NCBI GenBank assembly: GCA_048571215.1
Contig: CP182352.1
Coordinates: 960,001-1,024,000 of the forward strand
DNA from: Halarcobacter sp.
Lineage (GTDB): Bacteria > Campylobacterota > Campylobacteria > Campylobacterales > Arcobacteraceae
Reading direction: 5' to 3'
DNA length: 64,000 nucleotides
This document shows positions 28,946 to 39,507 of the stretch, piece by piece. Each line of letters starts with the position of its first letter. Position 1 is the stretch's first letter. The notes under the pieces were generated by a model. It saw only the letters and a program-made list of their open reading frames with translations. It was not told the DNA's origin and did not search any database. The translations under genes were made by a program, and so were the position numbers.

Positions 28946-29072
28946 GTATACATTTCTTTGTTTATTTTATTATAACCAATGAAGCTTTAATATATATTTG
29001 TTAATTTTATAAATTTAAACTAATTTTAAGAATTGTATTGATATCATTAGATATTATAATAAGGAGTCTATT

Positions 29073-29735
29073 ATGGGTACTTTAGATATTAGTATGATTA
29101 ATAATCAATACTTAAATAATGACAATAATATAACATCTGATCAGATGAAACCATATGGTTTATCAAAAACAGAAAAATCTGATGAAACCAAAGCAGTTGA
29201 GAATAAAATACATAATTCTGCTGTGAATGTATCAATCTCCATGGAGAGTATAAAAGTTTTTTTAAACATTAAAAGTGTTGAAATGACTCAAAATAATACA
29301 AATGCACAAACTACATTGATGAATATTATTAATAATACAGATTTGTATGATTTCTTATCTGGCAAAGAATTAGATGGTGGACTTAGTTTATCTTCTATTG
29401 GTTATAATGGAAAACCAATCACTGAGTTAAATCCAGATGAAGCTAAACAATTAGTTTCAGATGAAGGTTTTTTTGGAATAGACAAAACCTCACAAAGAGT
29501 TAGTGACTTTGTTATATCTTTAGCAGGTGATGATGTTGAAGCCTTGCAAGAAGCTAGAAATGGTATTGTACAAGGTTTTAATGAAGCTGAAAAAATGTGG
29601 GGTGGAGAATTACCTGAAATCTCATATAAAACTCAAGAGAAAACTTTAGATATTATTGATAAAAAAATTGCTGAATTATTAAAAACTGATTCACAAAAAG
29701 AGATTGAAGATACAGAAAAAGCACAGACTGAGTAA
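29073..29735 (+). CDS. Hypothetical protein (DUF5610-like)
   Basis: GFFG..KTSQRV..F and GF.EAEKMWGGELPEISYKT. Confidence 0.65.
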   Translation: MGTLDISMINNQYLNNDNNITSDQMKPYGLSKTEKSDETKAVENKIHNSAVNVSISMESIKVFLNIKSVEMTQNNTNAQTTLMNIINNTDLYDFLSGKELDGGLSLSSIGYNGKPITELNPDEAKQLVSDEGFFGIDKTSQRVSDFVISLAGDDVEALQEARNGIVQGFNEAEKMWGGELPEISYKTQEKTLDIIDKKIAELLKTDSQKEIEDTEKAQTE

Positions 29736-29748
29736 AAGAGTTGATACT

Positions 29749-30378
29749 TTATTTATACCTAATAGTATTTAACTCTTTTGCACACTCTATTTGATATTCA
29801 ACCATCTTAGTAAATGGTTTTATAAATTCTTTTAATATATTTTCATTTATATTTTCAATCTTATTTTTTTCTAATAGTTTTAAAATCTCTAGCGTCGATT
29901 CTATAGTAGATAAGCAATATTCACTTGGCTGGGTTTTTATAAAAAAATTAGAGCTAATAGTATTATCAAAACTAATTTTTTTTAACTCTTGCAAGTTTTT
30001 ACTTAATCTTAAGATCTTTTTAGAACAAGGCCAAGTTGAATCTATAATAAAAACTACTAGGTTTTTTTTAGATTTTAAAGGTGTTGTGGATAGGTTTATT
30101 GAGTCTTTTCCAGGATAGAGTAAAAAACACTCATTGTTCTTGTTGTTAATAATACTATTGATAGTACTATTTTCACTAAAGTTTATTCCTATAAACAATT
30201 TAGAATTTGTTAGGGATTTGTTTGTAAAGTGACCAGTGCCATTTTTAGTCTTTCTATACTCTTTTGGGTGCATCAATATAATAAACTTTGTATTTGTATT
30301 TATAGGGCTTATATATTGGCACATACAGCTGCTTTGTGGTCTATAACAGCTATAACAAATTTTTCTACTATCCATCAA
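29749..30378 (-). CDS. DTW-domain tRNA-uridine aminocarboxypropyltransferase
   Basis: CxxC..CxC, HPKE, DSTW, LSTIES. Confidence 0.88.
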   Translation of the reverse strand: MMDSRKICYSCYRPQSSCMCQYISPINTNTKFIILMHPKEYRKTKNGTGHFTNKSLTNSKLFIGINFSENSTINSIINNKNNECFLLYPGKDSINLSTTPLKSKKNLVVFIIDSTWPCSKKILRLSKNLQELKKISFDNTISSNFFIKTQPSEYCLSTIESTLEILKLLEKNKIENINENILKEFIKPFTKMVEYQIECAKELNTIRYK

Positions 30379-30855
30379 TTATTTTTGATGTCCTTTGATA
30401 TTTTTTCTTTCTAGTAGCTCTTCACAATTTTTTCCACCCACATCATATGCTTTTCCAAAACCAAAGACTGCTTCCCCTTTTAGAGGGGTGAATTCATATA
30501 TAGAAAAATCTTTCATTTGTTTTAAAGTATCTATTGTGGAACCATGTTTTTGTTTAAAAAGATCCATTAATCTTTCAAACTCATCATTATCTCTTTCAAG
30601 CTTTTTACTAGTGCTTTGTAAAACAACTCTTTTTCTAGCAAAAATATTTTCGCACTCTTTTTCATCTTCTATAAAAAACAATGAGGCTTTTTGATGCAAA
30701 TCTAAGTTTTGTGTATGTTTAGCGATTGCACTTATGTAAACATAGTATTTAAAATCATCTTTGATAAAAGGTGCATAACTTGTAAAAGGTAAGTTATCTT
30801 CATCCTTTGATGAGATAACTACACTTTTAAAATTTTTTAGGAAATCATTTAACAT
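30379..30855 (-). CDS. HugZ/HutZ-like PNPOx-family protein
   Basis: SYAPF, IS.IAKH..NL, FARKR, GFGKAY. Confidence 0.85.
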   Translation of the reverse strand: MLNDFLKNFKSVVISSKDEDNLPFTSYAPFIKDDFKYYVYISAIAKHTQNLDLHQKASLFFIEDEKECENIFARKRVVLQSTSKKLERDNDEFERLMDLFKQKHGSTIDTLKQMKDFSIYEFTPLKGEAVFGFGKAYDVGGKNCEELLERKNIKGHQK

Positions 30856-30867
30856 ATATTTTCTTTT

Positions 30868-31929
30868 TTAAGCAGAAGGATTAAGCTCTTTTGATGCTTT
30901 TTTCTTTCTTTTTGCTTTCATTTTATTTAAAGCTAATCTTCTCATATCAGCTGTTGTATCCGATTCATCCATTATTTCTAAACCTAAAAGGGTTTCAATA
31001 CAATCTTCTAATGTAACTAAACCTTCTGTTTGATCATAGTTATCTAATACAATAAAAAGATGTTCTCTTTTTTGGATAAACTTATTTAAAGCTTTTCCAA
31101 CAGGTATGTTTTCATTTAAAGCAAAAACAGGAGTCATAATATTCTCCATTGTTGCATTTTCATCTTTAACAGCTTGTTTAAATAGTTTTTTTGTAAGAAC
31201 AATACCTACAATATTATCTATTGTTCCTTCATATATAGGAAGTCTTGAAAATTTGTATGTTCTCTTATCTTCTAAGATATCTTTTATAGGGGTATCTTTT
31301 TCAATAGAATACATTACTGATCTTGGTGTTAGTATATCTTTTATTTTTATCTCGTTTAAAGTAAGAGTATTTTCAATAATATCTGACTCTAAGTCACCAA
31401 TAACTCCCTCTTCTTCACTTAAAAGAGTGGTATGTATTAACTCTTCTCTAGAAAAATTATCAGAATTCTCTTTCCCTTTTATTTTATTTGTTATAAATTG
31501 CGTAAGTAAAATAATAGGGTATGTAATAATGACAAAAAATCTTATCAATGTTGCAGCAGTTGCTGCTAACTGTTTCCAATATACAGCACCAATAGTTTTA
31601 GGAATAATTTCAGCAAAAAATAAAATTGCAAAAGTTAAAACTATAGAAACAAGCATAACTAGAGGACCATTACCTGGAAATACATGTTCAGCTTGAACAC
31701 CAATTGCTGTTGCTCCTAATGTATTTGCTATTGTATTTAAAATCAAAATTGAAGCAATAGAACTGTCTATATCAGTTTTTAGTTTTTTGAGAAGTTTTCC
31801 TGCTTTTGGATCATTTTGTTCAATAACAGGTATATAAGAAAAGTTTACCGATAGAATTACAGATTCTAAAACAGAACAAAGAAACGAAACACTAATCACA
31901 AGTATAAATAAAAATATTAACAGTTCCAT
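30868..31929 (-). CDS. CNNM/CorB-family (DUF21 + CBS) membrane protein
   Basis: SFLCSVLES, EIIPKT, TPR, FSRLP, TLEDCIE. Confidence 0.9.
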   Translation of the reverse strand: MELLIFLFILVISVSFLCSVLESVILSVNFSYIPVIEQNDPKAGKLLKKLKTDIDSSIASILILNTIANTLGATAIGVQAEHVFPGNGPLVMLVSIVLTFAILFFAEIIPKTIGAVYWKQLAATAATLIRFFVIITYPIILLTQFITNKIKGKENSDNFSREELIHTTLLSEEEGVIGDLESDIIENTLTLNEIKIKDILTPRSVMYSIEKDTPIKDILEDKRTYKFSRLPIYEGTIDNIVGIVLTKKLFKQAVKDENATMENIMTPVFALNENIPVGKALNKFIQKREHLFIVLDNYDQTEGLVTLEDCIETLLGLEIMDESDTTADMRRLALNKMKAKRKKKASKELNPSA

Positions 31930-32122
31930 AAAGAACCTTTACTTGTAAAGCTGCACCTCTGGGAATTATCTTCCAATAACCACTCCTTAATTTTACCAAA
32001 TTTTTATGGTATGAATAAATTTAACAACGTATAATAGCTAATTTTTTCTTTATTTATATTTTTTTTGACAAAAACATCAAAAATTTTGTATAATAATATA
32101 AAAGTTATTTAAGGAGGTCGTT

Positions 32123-32527
32123 ATGGAATATGGACTAATCCCAACAATTAATCAGTATGCTGATAATAATCAAGTATTAATTCAACAAGTGCAACCTTCT
32201 AGTGAAATAACAAATGCAAAACTTAGAGAGGGTGATGAGGCAAAAGATATTGCAAAATCAAACTTTCTAAAACCTAAAGATGAGATTCAGAAAAATGGTG
32301 AAACTCAAGAAACAAAGCAAGTTGATGCAAAAACTATTTCACAATACCAAGAGGTTGTACTTACAAATCTAAATTTTGGTTTTAATAATAAATCAAAAGA
32401 TTTTTATGTAAAAGCAATTAGAGGTGAAGCTGAAAATCAATACCCAACTGATGAAATGATGAAACTAAAAGCATATTTAATGGCTCAATCAAAAGCTGAA
32501 CTTGAGCAACAAATAGCGGCAAGTTAG
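32123..32527 (+). CDS. Hypothetical protein (FlaG-like C-terminus)
   Basis: RBS AAGGAGG; LNFGFN..FYVK..QYPTDEMMKL. Confidence 0.6.
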   Translation: MEYGLIPTINQYADNNQVLIQQVQPSSEITNAKLREGDEAKDIAKSNFLKPKDEIQKNGETQETKQVDAKTISQYQEVVLTNLNFGFNNKSKDFYVKAIRGEAENQYPTDEMMKLKAYLMAQSKAELEQQIAAS

Positions 32528-32892
32528 TCTAAGTTTATTGTTGAGTTGATTTTTATTAATAAATCTCTAGCTTCATAATACTTTTGTATATTATCTATTT
32601 CAATACAATCAAGTAATGACTTATACTTTTCAAAGACATTCCAAATTTTTTTATAACTTTCTGGTCTTTTTTTTATAAAATACAAAGCTAATGCTGTGGC
32701 ACCATTTATTAAACCTTGAACTGCTTTTGCTTTTAGTCTATACTCCTCTTGATTTGTTTTTTTCCAGATAGTTTTATATTCTCTCCAATCCTCTTCTAGA
32801 AGTTCATGGGCTTCTACATACATACCTTTTTCTACAGCATAAATAAATCTATCAATAGATGTTTTTTGTGTAAAGATAGATTTATCATACAC
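32524..32892 (-). CDS. DUF309-domain protein
   Basis: EAHELLEEDW, QGLIN. Confidence 0.8.
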   Translation of the reverse strand: MYDKSIFTQKTSIDRFIYAVEKGMYVEAHELLEEDWREYKTIWKKTNQEEYRLKAKAVQGLINGATALALYFIKKRPESYKKIWNVFEKYKSLLDCIEIDNIQKYYEARDLLIKINSTINLD

Positions 32893-35701
32893 CGTTTAGC
32901 TCTTTTTCAAGATAATATCCAGTATAAGAGTTAGTTTCTTTATGCTCTTTTGCTAAGGTTTCAGGAGTTCCTTGGGCAATGATTTTACCACCTTTGCTTC
33001 CCCCTTCTGGTCCCATATCAATCACCCAATCAGAGTTTTTGATAATATCAAGATTGTGCTCAATCACAAGTACTGAGTTTCCAACTTCAACTAGGTGGTG
33101 TAAAACTTTTGTTAGTCTATCAACATCTGCAAAGTGTAATCCCGTTGTTGGTTCATCTAATATATATAAGGTATTACCTGTATCTTTTTTACTAAGTTCT
33201 TTACTTAGTTTTATCCTTTGAGCTTCCCCACCTGATAGGGTAACTGCATTTTGTCCTAATGTAATATATCCAAGTCCCACATCACTTAGTGTTTGTAGTT
33301 TTGCTTTTATTTTAGGTACTTTAATAAAAAACTCTAAGGCTTCATCTACACTCATATTTAAAACATCAGAGATATTTTTACCTCTATAAAGTATCTCTAA
33401 GGTTTGGGCATTATATCTACTACCATGACAATCGTCACACTTAACCATGATATCTGGTAAAAAGTGCATCTCTATTTTGATTTCCCCTTCACCTTGACAC
33501 TTCTCACATCTACCACCCTTTACATTGAAAGAGAATCTTCCTATTTTATAACCTCTTAGTTGTGCCTCTTTTGTTTTAGTAAATAGGGTTCTAATCTCAT
33601 CCATAAGTCCTGTATAAGTTGCAGGGTTTGATCTTGGTGTTCTTCCAATTGGACTTTGATCTAAATAGATAACTTTATCAAGTTTCTCTAAACCTTCTAT
33701 CTCAACCCCATCAATTTTTTTTACTTTCCTTGCATGATTTAAAAGCTCTTTTGCTACAGGGAGTAGGGTTTGTAAGATAAGTGAAGACTTACCACTTCCA
33801 CTAACTCCTGTTATTGAACATAGGTTTTTAAGTGGTATTTTTACATCTAAATCTTTTATATTATTGATATTTACATTTTTTATCTCTATAAACTCTTCTT
33901 GAGGTCTATTGTGAACATAATCAATTACTTTTTTACCATTTATATATTGAGCTGTTAAAGTTTTAGCCTTGTTCATCTGTTTTAATGTACCAGCAAAAAC
34001 TATTTCTCCACCATATTTACCAGCATTTGGTCCAATATCAACTATAAAATCAGCTTCTTTTATAGTCTCTTTGTCATGCTCAACCACAATAACAGTATTA
34101 CCTTTTTCTTGTAGTGCTTTTAAGGTTTTGATTAGTTTATTTGTATCTCTTTCATGAAGACCAATTGAGGGTTCATCAAGTACATACATAACTCCTGTTA
34201 GTCCAGAACCTATTTGTGAAGCTACTCTAATTCTTTGGGCTTCTCCTCCACTTATGGTTCTTGCATCTCTTCCTAAAGTTATATATCCAAGTCCAACATC
34301 ATATAAAAAGAATATTCTTTCTCTGATCTCTTTTAATATAGGAGCAGAGATCATTTTATATTGATCATTTAGATAATCAAAATTTGATTCATCATGAAAA
34401 AACTTATAAGCTTCTTCTATTGGTTTATTTATAACATCTGAAATAGTTTCATTTGCCACATAAACACTTTGTGATGAGGGCTTTAGTCTATTTCCATTAC
34501 AATCAGAACATACTTTTTCTGTCATAAATTCAGCCATCTCTTTTTCATCTTTTATCATGTCGTAGGCTATTTTTACTATACCTTCCCATTTTCTAGTTAG
34601 TCTGTGTCTTTTCCAAGTAAATACAGCATCTTCAACTCCACCATGTAAAACTGCTTTTTGTTGGTGAGGTGGTAACTCTTTAAATGGAATAGTTATATCT
34701 ATTGAAGCCGCCTGACAAAAGGCTATTAGCATCTTAAAATAAAACCCTTTATTGAAACCATATATGATTCTAATGGCACCATCTTCAAGTGGTAACTCTT
34801 CATTTACAACTTTTTTCATATCAAGGGCATATCTTATTCCTAATCCATCACAAGATGGACAAGCACCTTTTGGTGAATTAAATGAGAAAGATAATGGTTC
34901 TAAGGGCTCGAAAGAGATTTTACAATCAAAACAAGCCATATGTTCAGAATAATGGATATGTTTTTCTACACCCACCTCTTCATGGTTCATAACTTCAATT
35001 TCTAACTCACCGAAGCTTTCTTTTAAACCTTTTTCAACATCTTGTGCAATTCTATCTTTATTTTCATCTTTAATAACCACTCTGTCAATAACCACTTTAA
35101 TTGTGTGCATTTGTGTTTTGGATAACTCTATATCCTCGTCAAGTCTTACCATAACACCGTCAATCATAGCTCTTACATAACCTTTTGCTCTTAGACTATC
35201 TAGTAAATCTGCAAAGGTACCCTTTTTTCTATTTATAAGTGGAGCTAGGATTACAGTTTTAGAATTATCAGGAAGGCTTAATACTTGATCAATAACGTCA
35301 GAAGCGCTCATCTGAGAGATTGGTTTTCCACATTTATGACAGTGTTGTTTTCCAATTCTTGCATATAAAAGTCTAAAATAATCATAAACTTCTGTAATGG
35401 TACCCACCGTTGAGCGTGGATTTTTTGAAGTTGTTTTTTGATCAATTGCAATTGCAGGGGTTAAACCCTCAATTCTTTCAACATCTGGTTTACCAACTTT
35501 ATCTAAAAATTGTCTTGCATAAGCAGAAAGTGATTCTATATATCTTCTTTGACCTTCTGCATAAAGTGTATCAAATGCAAGAGTTGATTTACCAGAACCA
35601 CTAAGTCCTGTAAATACTATTAATTTATTTTTTGGTATCTCTAAATCTATATTTTTTAAGTTATTCTCTTTTGCATTATATATCTTGATTGTATCAGTCA
35701 T
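32885..35701 (-). CDS. uvrA: Excinuclease ABC subunit A
   Basis: Two Walker A motifs GxSGSGKS, zinc fingers, SGGEAQRI twice. Confidence 0.98.
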   Translation of the reverse strand: MTDTIKIYNAKENNLKNIDLEIPKNKLIVFTGLSGSGKSTLAFDTLYAEGQRRYIESLSAYARQFLDKVGKPDVERIEGLTPAIAIDQKTTSKNPRSTVGTITEVYDYFRLLYARIGKQHCHKCGKPISQMSASDVIDQVLSLPDNSKTVILAPLINRKKGTFADLLDSLRAKGYVRAMIDGVMVRLDEDIELSKTQMHTIKVVIDRVVIKDENKDRIAQDVEKGLKESFGELEIEVMNHEEVGVEKHIHYSEHMACFDCKISFEPLEPLSFSFNSPKGACPSCDGLGIRYALDMKKVVNEELPLEDGAIRIIYGFNKGFYFKMLIAFCQAASIDITIPFKELPPHQQKAVLHGGVEDAVFTWKRHRLTRKWEGIVKIAYDMIKDEKEMAEFMTEKVCSDCNGNRLKPSSQSVYVANETISDVINKPIEEAYKFFHDESNFDYLNDQYKMISAPILKEIRERIFFLYDVGLGYITLGRDARTISGGEAQRIRVASQIGSGLTGVMYVLDEPSIGLHERDTNKLIKTLKALQEKGNTVIVVEHDKETIKEADFIVDIGPNAGKYGGEIVFAGTLKQMNKAKTLTAQYINGKKVIDYVHNRPQEEFIEIKNVNINNIKDLDVKIPLKNLCSITGVSGSGKSSLILQTLLPVAKELLNHARKVKKIDGVEIEGLEKLDKVIYLDQSPIGRTPRSNPATYTGLMDEIRTLFTKTKEAQLRGYKIGRFSFNVKGGRCEKCQGEGEIKIEMHFLPDIMVKCDDCHGSRYNAQTLEILYRGKNISDVLNMSVDEALEFFIKVPKIKAKLQTLSDVGLGYITLGQNAVTLSGGEAQRIKLSKELSKKDTGNTLYILDEPTTGLHFADVDRLTKVLHHLVEVGNSVLVIEHNLDIIKNSDWVIDMGPEGGSKGGKIIAQGTPETLAKEHKETNSYTGYYLEKELNGV

Positions 35702-35951
35702 TAACTATCCATTCTAAAAAAATTAAGCGGGCATTATAACATAATAAGCTATTAAAACAATGGGTGTTTTAATATATAAATATATAATTTAAAAAAAGTT
35801 AAATTTATATGTTTTTTAATTACTTAAAATTAGTAATTTTTCAACAAATTATAACTAGAATATAATATTTTAATAACTTCCTTACAATCAATGTGCTAGT
35901 ATATATGAAAATAATATTGGATTATAATAACTATATCTAAGGTGATTGCTA

Positions 35952-36320
35952 ATGGGTAAAAAAATATTAATAGTAGATGATTCTTCTATGATGAGATTGG
36001 TTGTTAAAAAAGCAGCTGCAAAAGAGGAATATGAAGTTATTGAAGCAGCTGATGGGAAAGAGGGCTTAGAGCAACTTCTAAAACATAATGACATATCTTT
36101 AATTTTAAGTGATATTAATATGCCAGTTATGGATGGTATGGAGATGGTTTCTAAGATTAAACAAAATGATGCTTTAAAATATATTCCAATTGTTATGCTT
36201 ACAACTGAAAGAAGTAATGAAGCAAAAGAGGAAGGTAAGCAATTAGGGGTAAAAGCTTGGATGGTAAAACCTTTTAATGAAGCAACCTTTATAAAAGCTA
36301 TGAAAAAACTAATTGGATAG
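35952..36320 (+). CDS. cheY: Chemotaxis response regulator
   Basis: Single receiver VDDS, DINMP, KPF; leads the che operon. Confidence 0.85.
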   Translation: MGKKILIVDDSSMMRLVVKKAAAKEEYEVIEAADGKEGLEQLLKHNDISLILSDINMPVMDGMEMVSKIKQNDALKYIPIVMLTTERSNEAKEEGKQLGVKAWMVKPFNEATFIKAMKKLIG

Positions 36321-36323
36321 ATA

Positions 36324-36599
36324 GTGAAAATAGAGTTTGATGAGTTAACTATTAGTGAAGCTGAGGCTTTTTATAAATTATTAACTGAAAATATAGATAA
36401 TTTGGAGAATAACGAACTGACTTTAGATTTTAATGATGTTGAAAAAATAGATTTAAGTTGTGTTCAGGTTTTATTTTCACTTAAAAAGTTTTGTACTAAT
36501 ACGAATATTAATTTATCATTTACTAATCTTCAATCTAAGCAACTACAAAAAACCATAAAAACATATAATTTAGAAAAACTTTTAGGGCTTACTCAATGA
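36324..36599 (+). CDS. STAS-domain protein
   Basis: LDFNDVEKIDLS; typical position between cheY and cheA. Confidence 0.8.
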   Translation: MKIEFDELTISEAEAFYKLLTENIDNLENNELTLDFNDVEKIDLSCVQVLFSLKKFCTNTNINLSFTNLQSKQLQKTIKTYNLEKLLGLTQ

Positions 36600-38635
36600 C
36601 AGAAGAGATTCAACTATTTTTAGAAGATATGGATGAACAGCTCTCTTATATGGAAGAGGCTCTTTTAGATTTAGGTGAAGGTTCATTAGAAGATATTGAT
36701 GAGGAGTTAGTCAATAAACTATTTAGATCAATGCATACTATGAAAGGTAATGCAGGGATTTTTGGATATGAAATAATAATTGAACTAGCCCATCTATCAG
36801 AGAGTTTATTAGATGAAATTAGAAATAGAAAAATATCTTTAAACGATGAGATATTAGAGCTTCTTATGCTTGTAAATGATCACGCTAAGGTTTTAGTTGA
36901 GCTTTGTACAAGTGGAAAGAGTTTAAATAAAGAGCAAAATGATATACATCAAGATTTATTAGTAAGATTATCTAACTTTTTAGATGAAGAGGTAGATTTT
37001 TCTATTGATGAAGAACAAAACTTAGTTTCTTGTAAATATCATATTGAAGTAAAACTAAAAGATGATTTTTTTGTTTCTGGTATGGATATGTCTTCAATCA
37101 TAAAATATTTGGATTCTATTGGGGATGTAAAAGATGTAAGTATAAAAGATGGGTCTATTCCTCCATTAAATGAGTTAAATCCTTTGAAATCTTATCTAAG
37201 TTTAGAAATCTTATATAATACAAAAGAGCCAATTAGTGAAATAGAAGAGGCTTTTGAATTTGTTGAAGAGGATATAGAACTAAAGATTGAAAAACTTGAA
37301 AACTCTTTTGAAGATGAAACTTCTTCAACTCAAAAAGAGTTTCAAGTTTTTAAAAAACCATCTAAAAATAAAGTAGTAGAAAATAAAAAAGAACTAGATT
37401 CAGATTTTAGAGTATTTAAAAAGTCAAAAAAAGTTGAAGCTGAAAAAAAGGTGCCAAGTTCTAATGGCTTTACCCTAAGAGTTGACTCTACAAAAGTAGA
37501 TAGATTGATAAATCAAATTAGTGAGATGGTAATTGCAAATGCAAAAATTACTCAATATTCACTAAAAAGTAATGATACTGATTTTGAAGAAGCAGTTACT
37601 GTTATGTCAGAGATGCTTGAAGAGATTAGAAATGGTATTATGAATATAAGAATGGTTCAAGTTGGAGATTCTTTTTCTAAGTTAAGAAGGGTAGTAAGTG
37701 ATAGTGCCAAAAAAGTTGGCAAAGAGATAGGTTTTGAGATAATAGGAGGGGAAACAGAGCTTGATAAAACTGTTATTGAAAAAATCTTTGATCCCTTAGT
37801 ACATATGTTAAGAAACTCAGTAGACCATGGTATAGAATATCCTGAAATTAGAGAAGAAAAAGGGAAACTAAAAAAAGGAAGTATTATTTTAAAAGCCTTT
37901 CCTGATTCGGGTTCTATTGTTATTGAGATTATAGATGATGGAAATGGTATCAATAAAGATGTGATTTTAAAAAAAGCTATAGAAAAAAACTTAATAAAAC
38001 CCAATGAGCATTTAAGTGATGAGGAGATACTCCATCTAATATTTTTGCCAGGTTTTTCTACAGCCCATGAGATTTCTAATATCTCTGGACGTGGTGTAGG
38101 AATGGATGTAGTAAAAAGAAATATTGAAGATTTAAGAGGTAGTGTTGATATAGAAAGTACTTTGGGTGTAGGTACAACTTTTACTATAAGGCTTCCTTTG
38201 ACTTTAGCAATTATTGATGGATTTTTAGTTCAAGTTGGTAAATCAAAATATATAGTACCTTTAGATAATATACAAGAGTGTATAGAGTTAAATCAAAAAG
38301 CAAAAGAGCAGATGAAATCAAAAGGTTATATTACACTTAGATCACATATTTTACCTATTTTGGATATTGCAGAGCATTTTGAAGAAGATAAATGTGAAAA
38401 TATAAGACAAAATATAGTTATTGTACAATATGGAAAATCTAGGGTTGGATTAAAAGTGGATGAGCTTTTTGGAGAGTTTCAAACAGTTATAAAACCTTTA
38501 GGTGATCTTTTTGAAAATATTTCAGGAATTTCAGGTGGTACAATTTTAGGAAATGGAGAAATAGCACTTATATTTGATGTGCAAAAATTGATTGAACATA
38601 AAATAACGCATAAGGATAATAAAAATGGAAATTGA
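36596..38635 (+). CDS. cheA: Chemotaxis histidine kinase
   Basis: HTMKG Hpt, RNSVDHGIE, SGRGVGMDVV, CheW domain. Confidence 0.95.
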   Translation: MTEEIQLFLEDMDEQLSYMEEALLDLGEGSLEDIDEELVNKLFRSMHTMKGNAGIFGYEIIIELAHLSESLLDEIRNRKISLNDEILELLMLVNDHAKVLVELCTSGKSLNKEQNDIHQDLLVRLSNFLDEEVDFSIDEEQNLVSCKYHIEVKLKDDFFVSGMDMSSIIKYLDSIGDVKDVSIKDGSIPPLNELNPLKSYLSLEILYNTKEPISEIEEAFEFVEEDIELKIEKLENSFEDETSSTQKEFQVFKKPSKNKVVENKKELDSDFRVFKKSKKVEAEKKVPSSNGFTLRVDSTKVDRLINQISEMVIANAKITQYSLKSNDTDFEEAVTVMSEMLEEIRNGIMNIRMVQVGDSFSKLRRVVSDSAKKVGKEIGFEIIGGETELDKTVIEKIFDPLVHMLRNSVDHGIEYPEIREEKGKLKKGSIILKAFPDSGSIVIEIIDDGNGINKDVILKKAIEKNLIKPNEHLSDEEILHLIFLPGFSTAHEISNISGRGVGMDVVKRNIEDLRGSVDIESTLGVGTTFTIRLPLTLAIIDGFLVQVGKSKYIVPLDNIQECIELNQKAKEQMKSKGYITLRSHILPILDIAEHFEEDKCENIRQNIVIVQYGKSRVGLKVDELFGEFQTVIKPLGDLFENISGISGGTILGNGEIALIFDVQKLIEHKITHKDNKNGN

Positions 38636-39476
38636 AAAAATATTAGGAGATAGAGACCTAATTGTTAGTTCAACAGATAAGAAAGGTTTTATAACCTATG
38701 TAAATAGTACATTTAGTGAAGTATCAGAATACACAAAAGATGAATTATACGGAAAACCTCACAATATAATAAGACACCCTGATATGCCAAAAGCTATTTT
38801 TGAATATGCTTGGAAAAACTTATTAGATCATAAACCAGTTGTTGCTTATGTTAAAAATTATATAAAAGGGAAAAAACAATATTATTGGGTAAAAGCTGTA
38901 ATGTATCCAAAGGTTATTAATAATGATATAGATTCAATCACTTCATATAGAACCAAAGCAACAAGTTTTGAAGTACACCAAATCAAAGAGATATATAAAG
39001 TTTTAATAGAGTATGAAAAAACTCACAATGCTCAAGAGTCTTTAGCCTATTTTATTGAATACTTAAAAGATAAAAGCCTTTCATATGATAAGATGATAAA
39101 TAGATTAAATGATAATAAACAAGTATTAAATAAAGCCTTGTTAAATATAGATATTACAAAATACAGAACAGATCATAAGATTTTTAGAAGTAGAATTGAA
39201 AGTTTAGTTGAAAAAGGGTTTGAAAATATAGAGATTAAAAAACCAACTTGTTGTAATTTTGGTAAAAAACTAGCTGAACTTGAAGATGAACCATTTGCAA
39301 AAGATAGTAAATTTTTAGAAATTAAAAAAGTACATAATAGAATTCATGCTAAATTAGAAGAGTATGTAAATGCAGATGAAACAAATAGAGGTATACATAT
39401 GAATGAAGTTTATAAAGATATAGATAAGTTGTTTGGTATAGTTGAAGATTTACAAAATGATCATAAATATGAATAG
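38625..39476 (+). CDS. Aer-type PAS domain + CZB-like domain protein
   Basis: HNIIRHPDMP and YYWV (Aer-type PAS); DHKIF..C.FGK..HNRIH (CZB-like). Confidence 0.75.
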   Translation: MEIEKILGDRDLIVSSTDKKGFITYVNSTFSEVSEYTKDELYGKPHNIIRHPDMPKAIFEYAWKNLLDHKPVVAYVKNYIKGKKQYYWVKAVMYPKVINNDIDSITSYRTKATSFEVHQIKEIYKVLIEYEKTHNAQESLAYFIEYLKDKSLSYDKMINRLNDNKQVLNKALLNIDITKYRTDHKIFRSRIESLVEKGFENIEIKKPTCCNFGKKLAELEDEPFAKDSKFLEIKKVHNRIHAKLEEYVNADETNRGIHMNEVYKDIDKLFGIVEDLQNDHKYE

Positions 39477-39507
39477 TATTAAAAGATGTGAGCTTAAAGG
39501 TTAAAAA

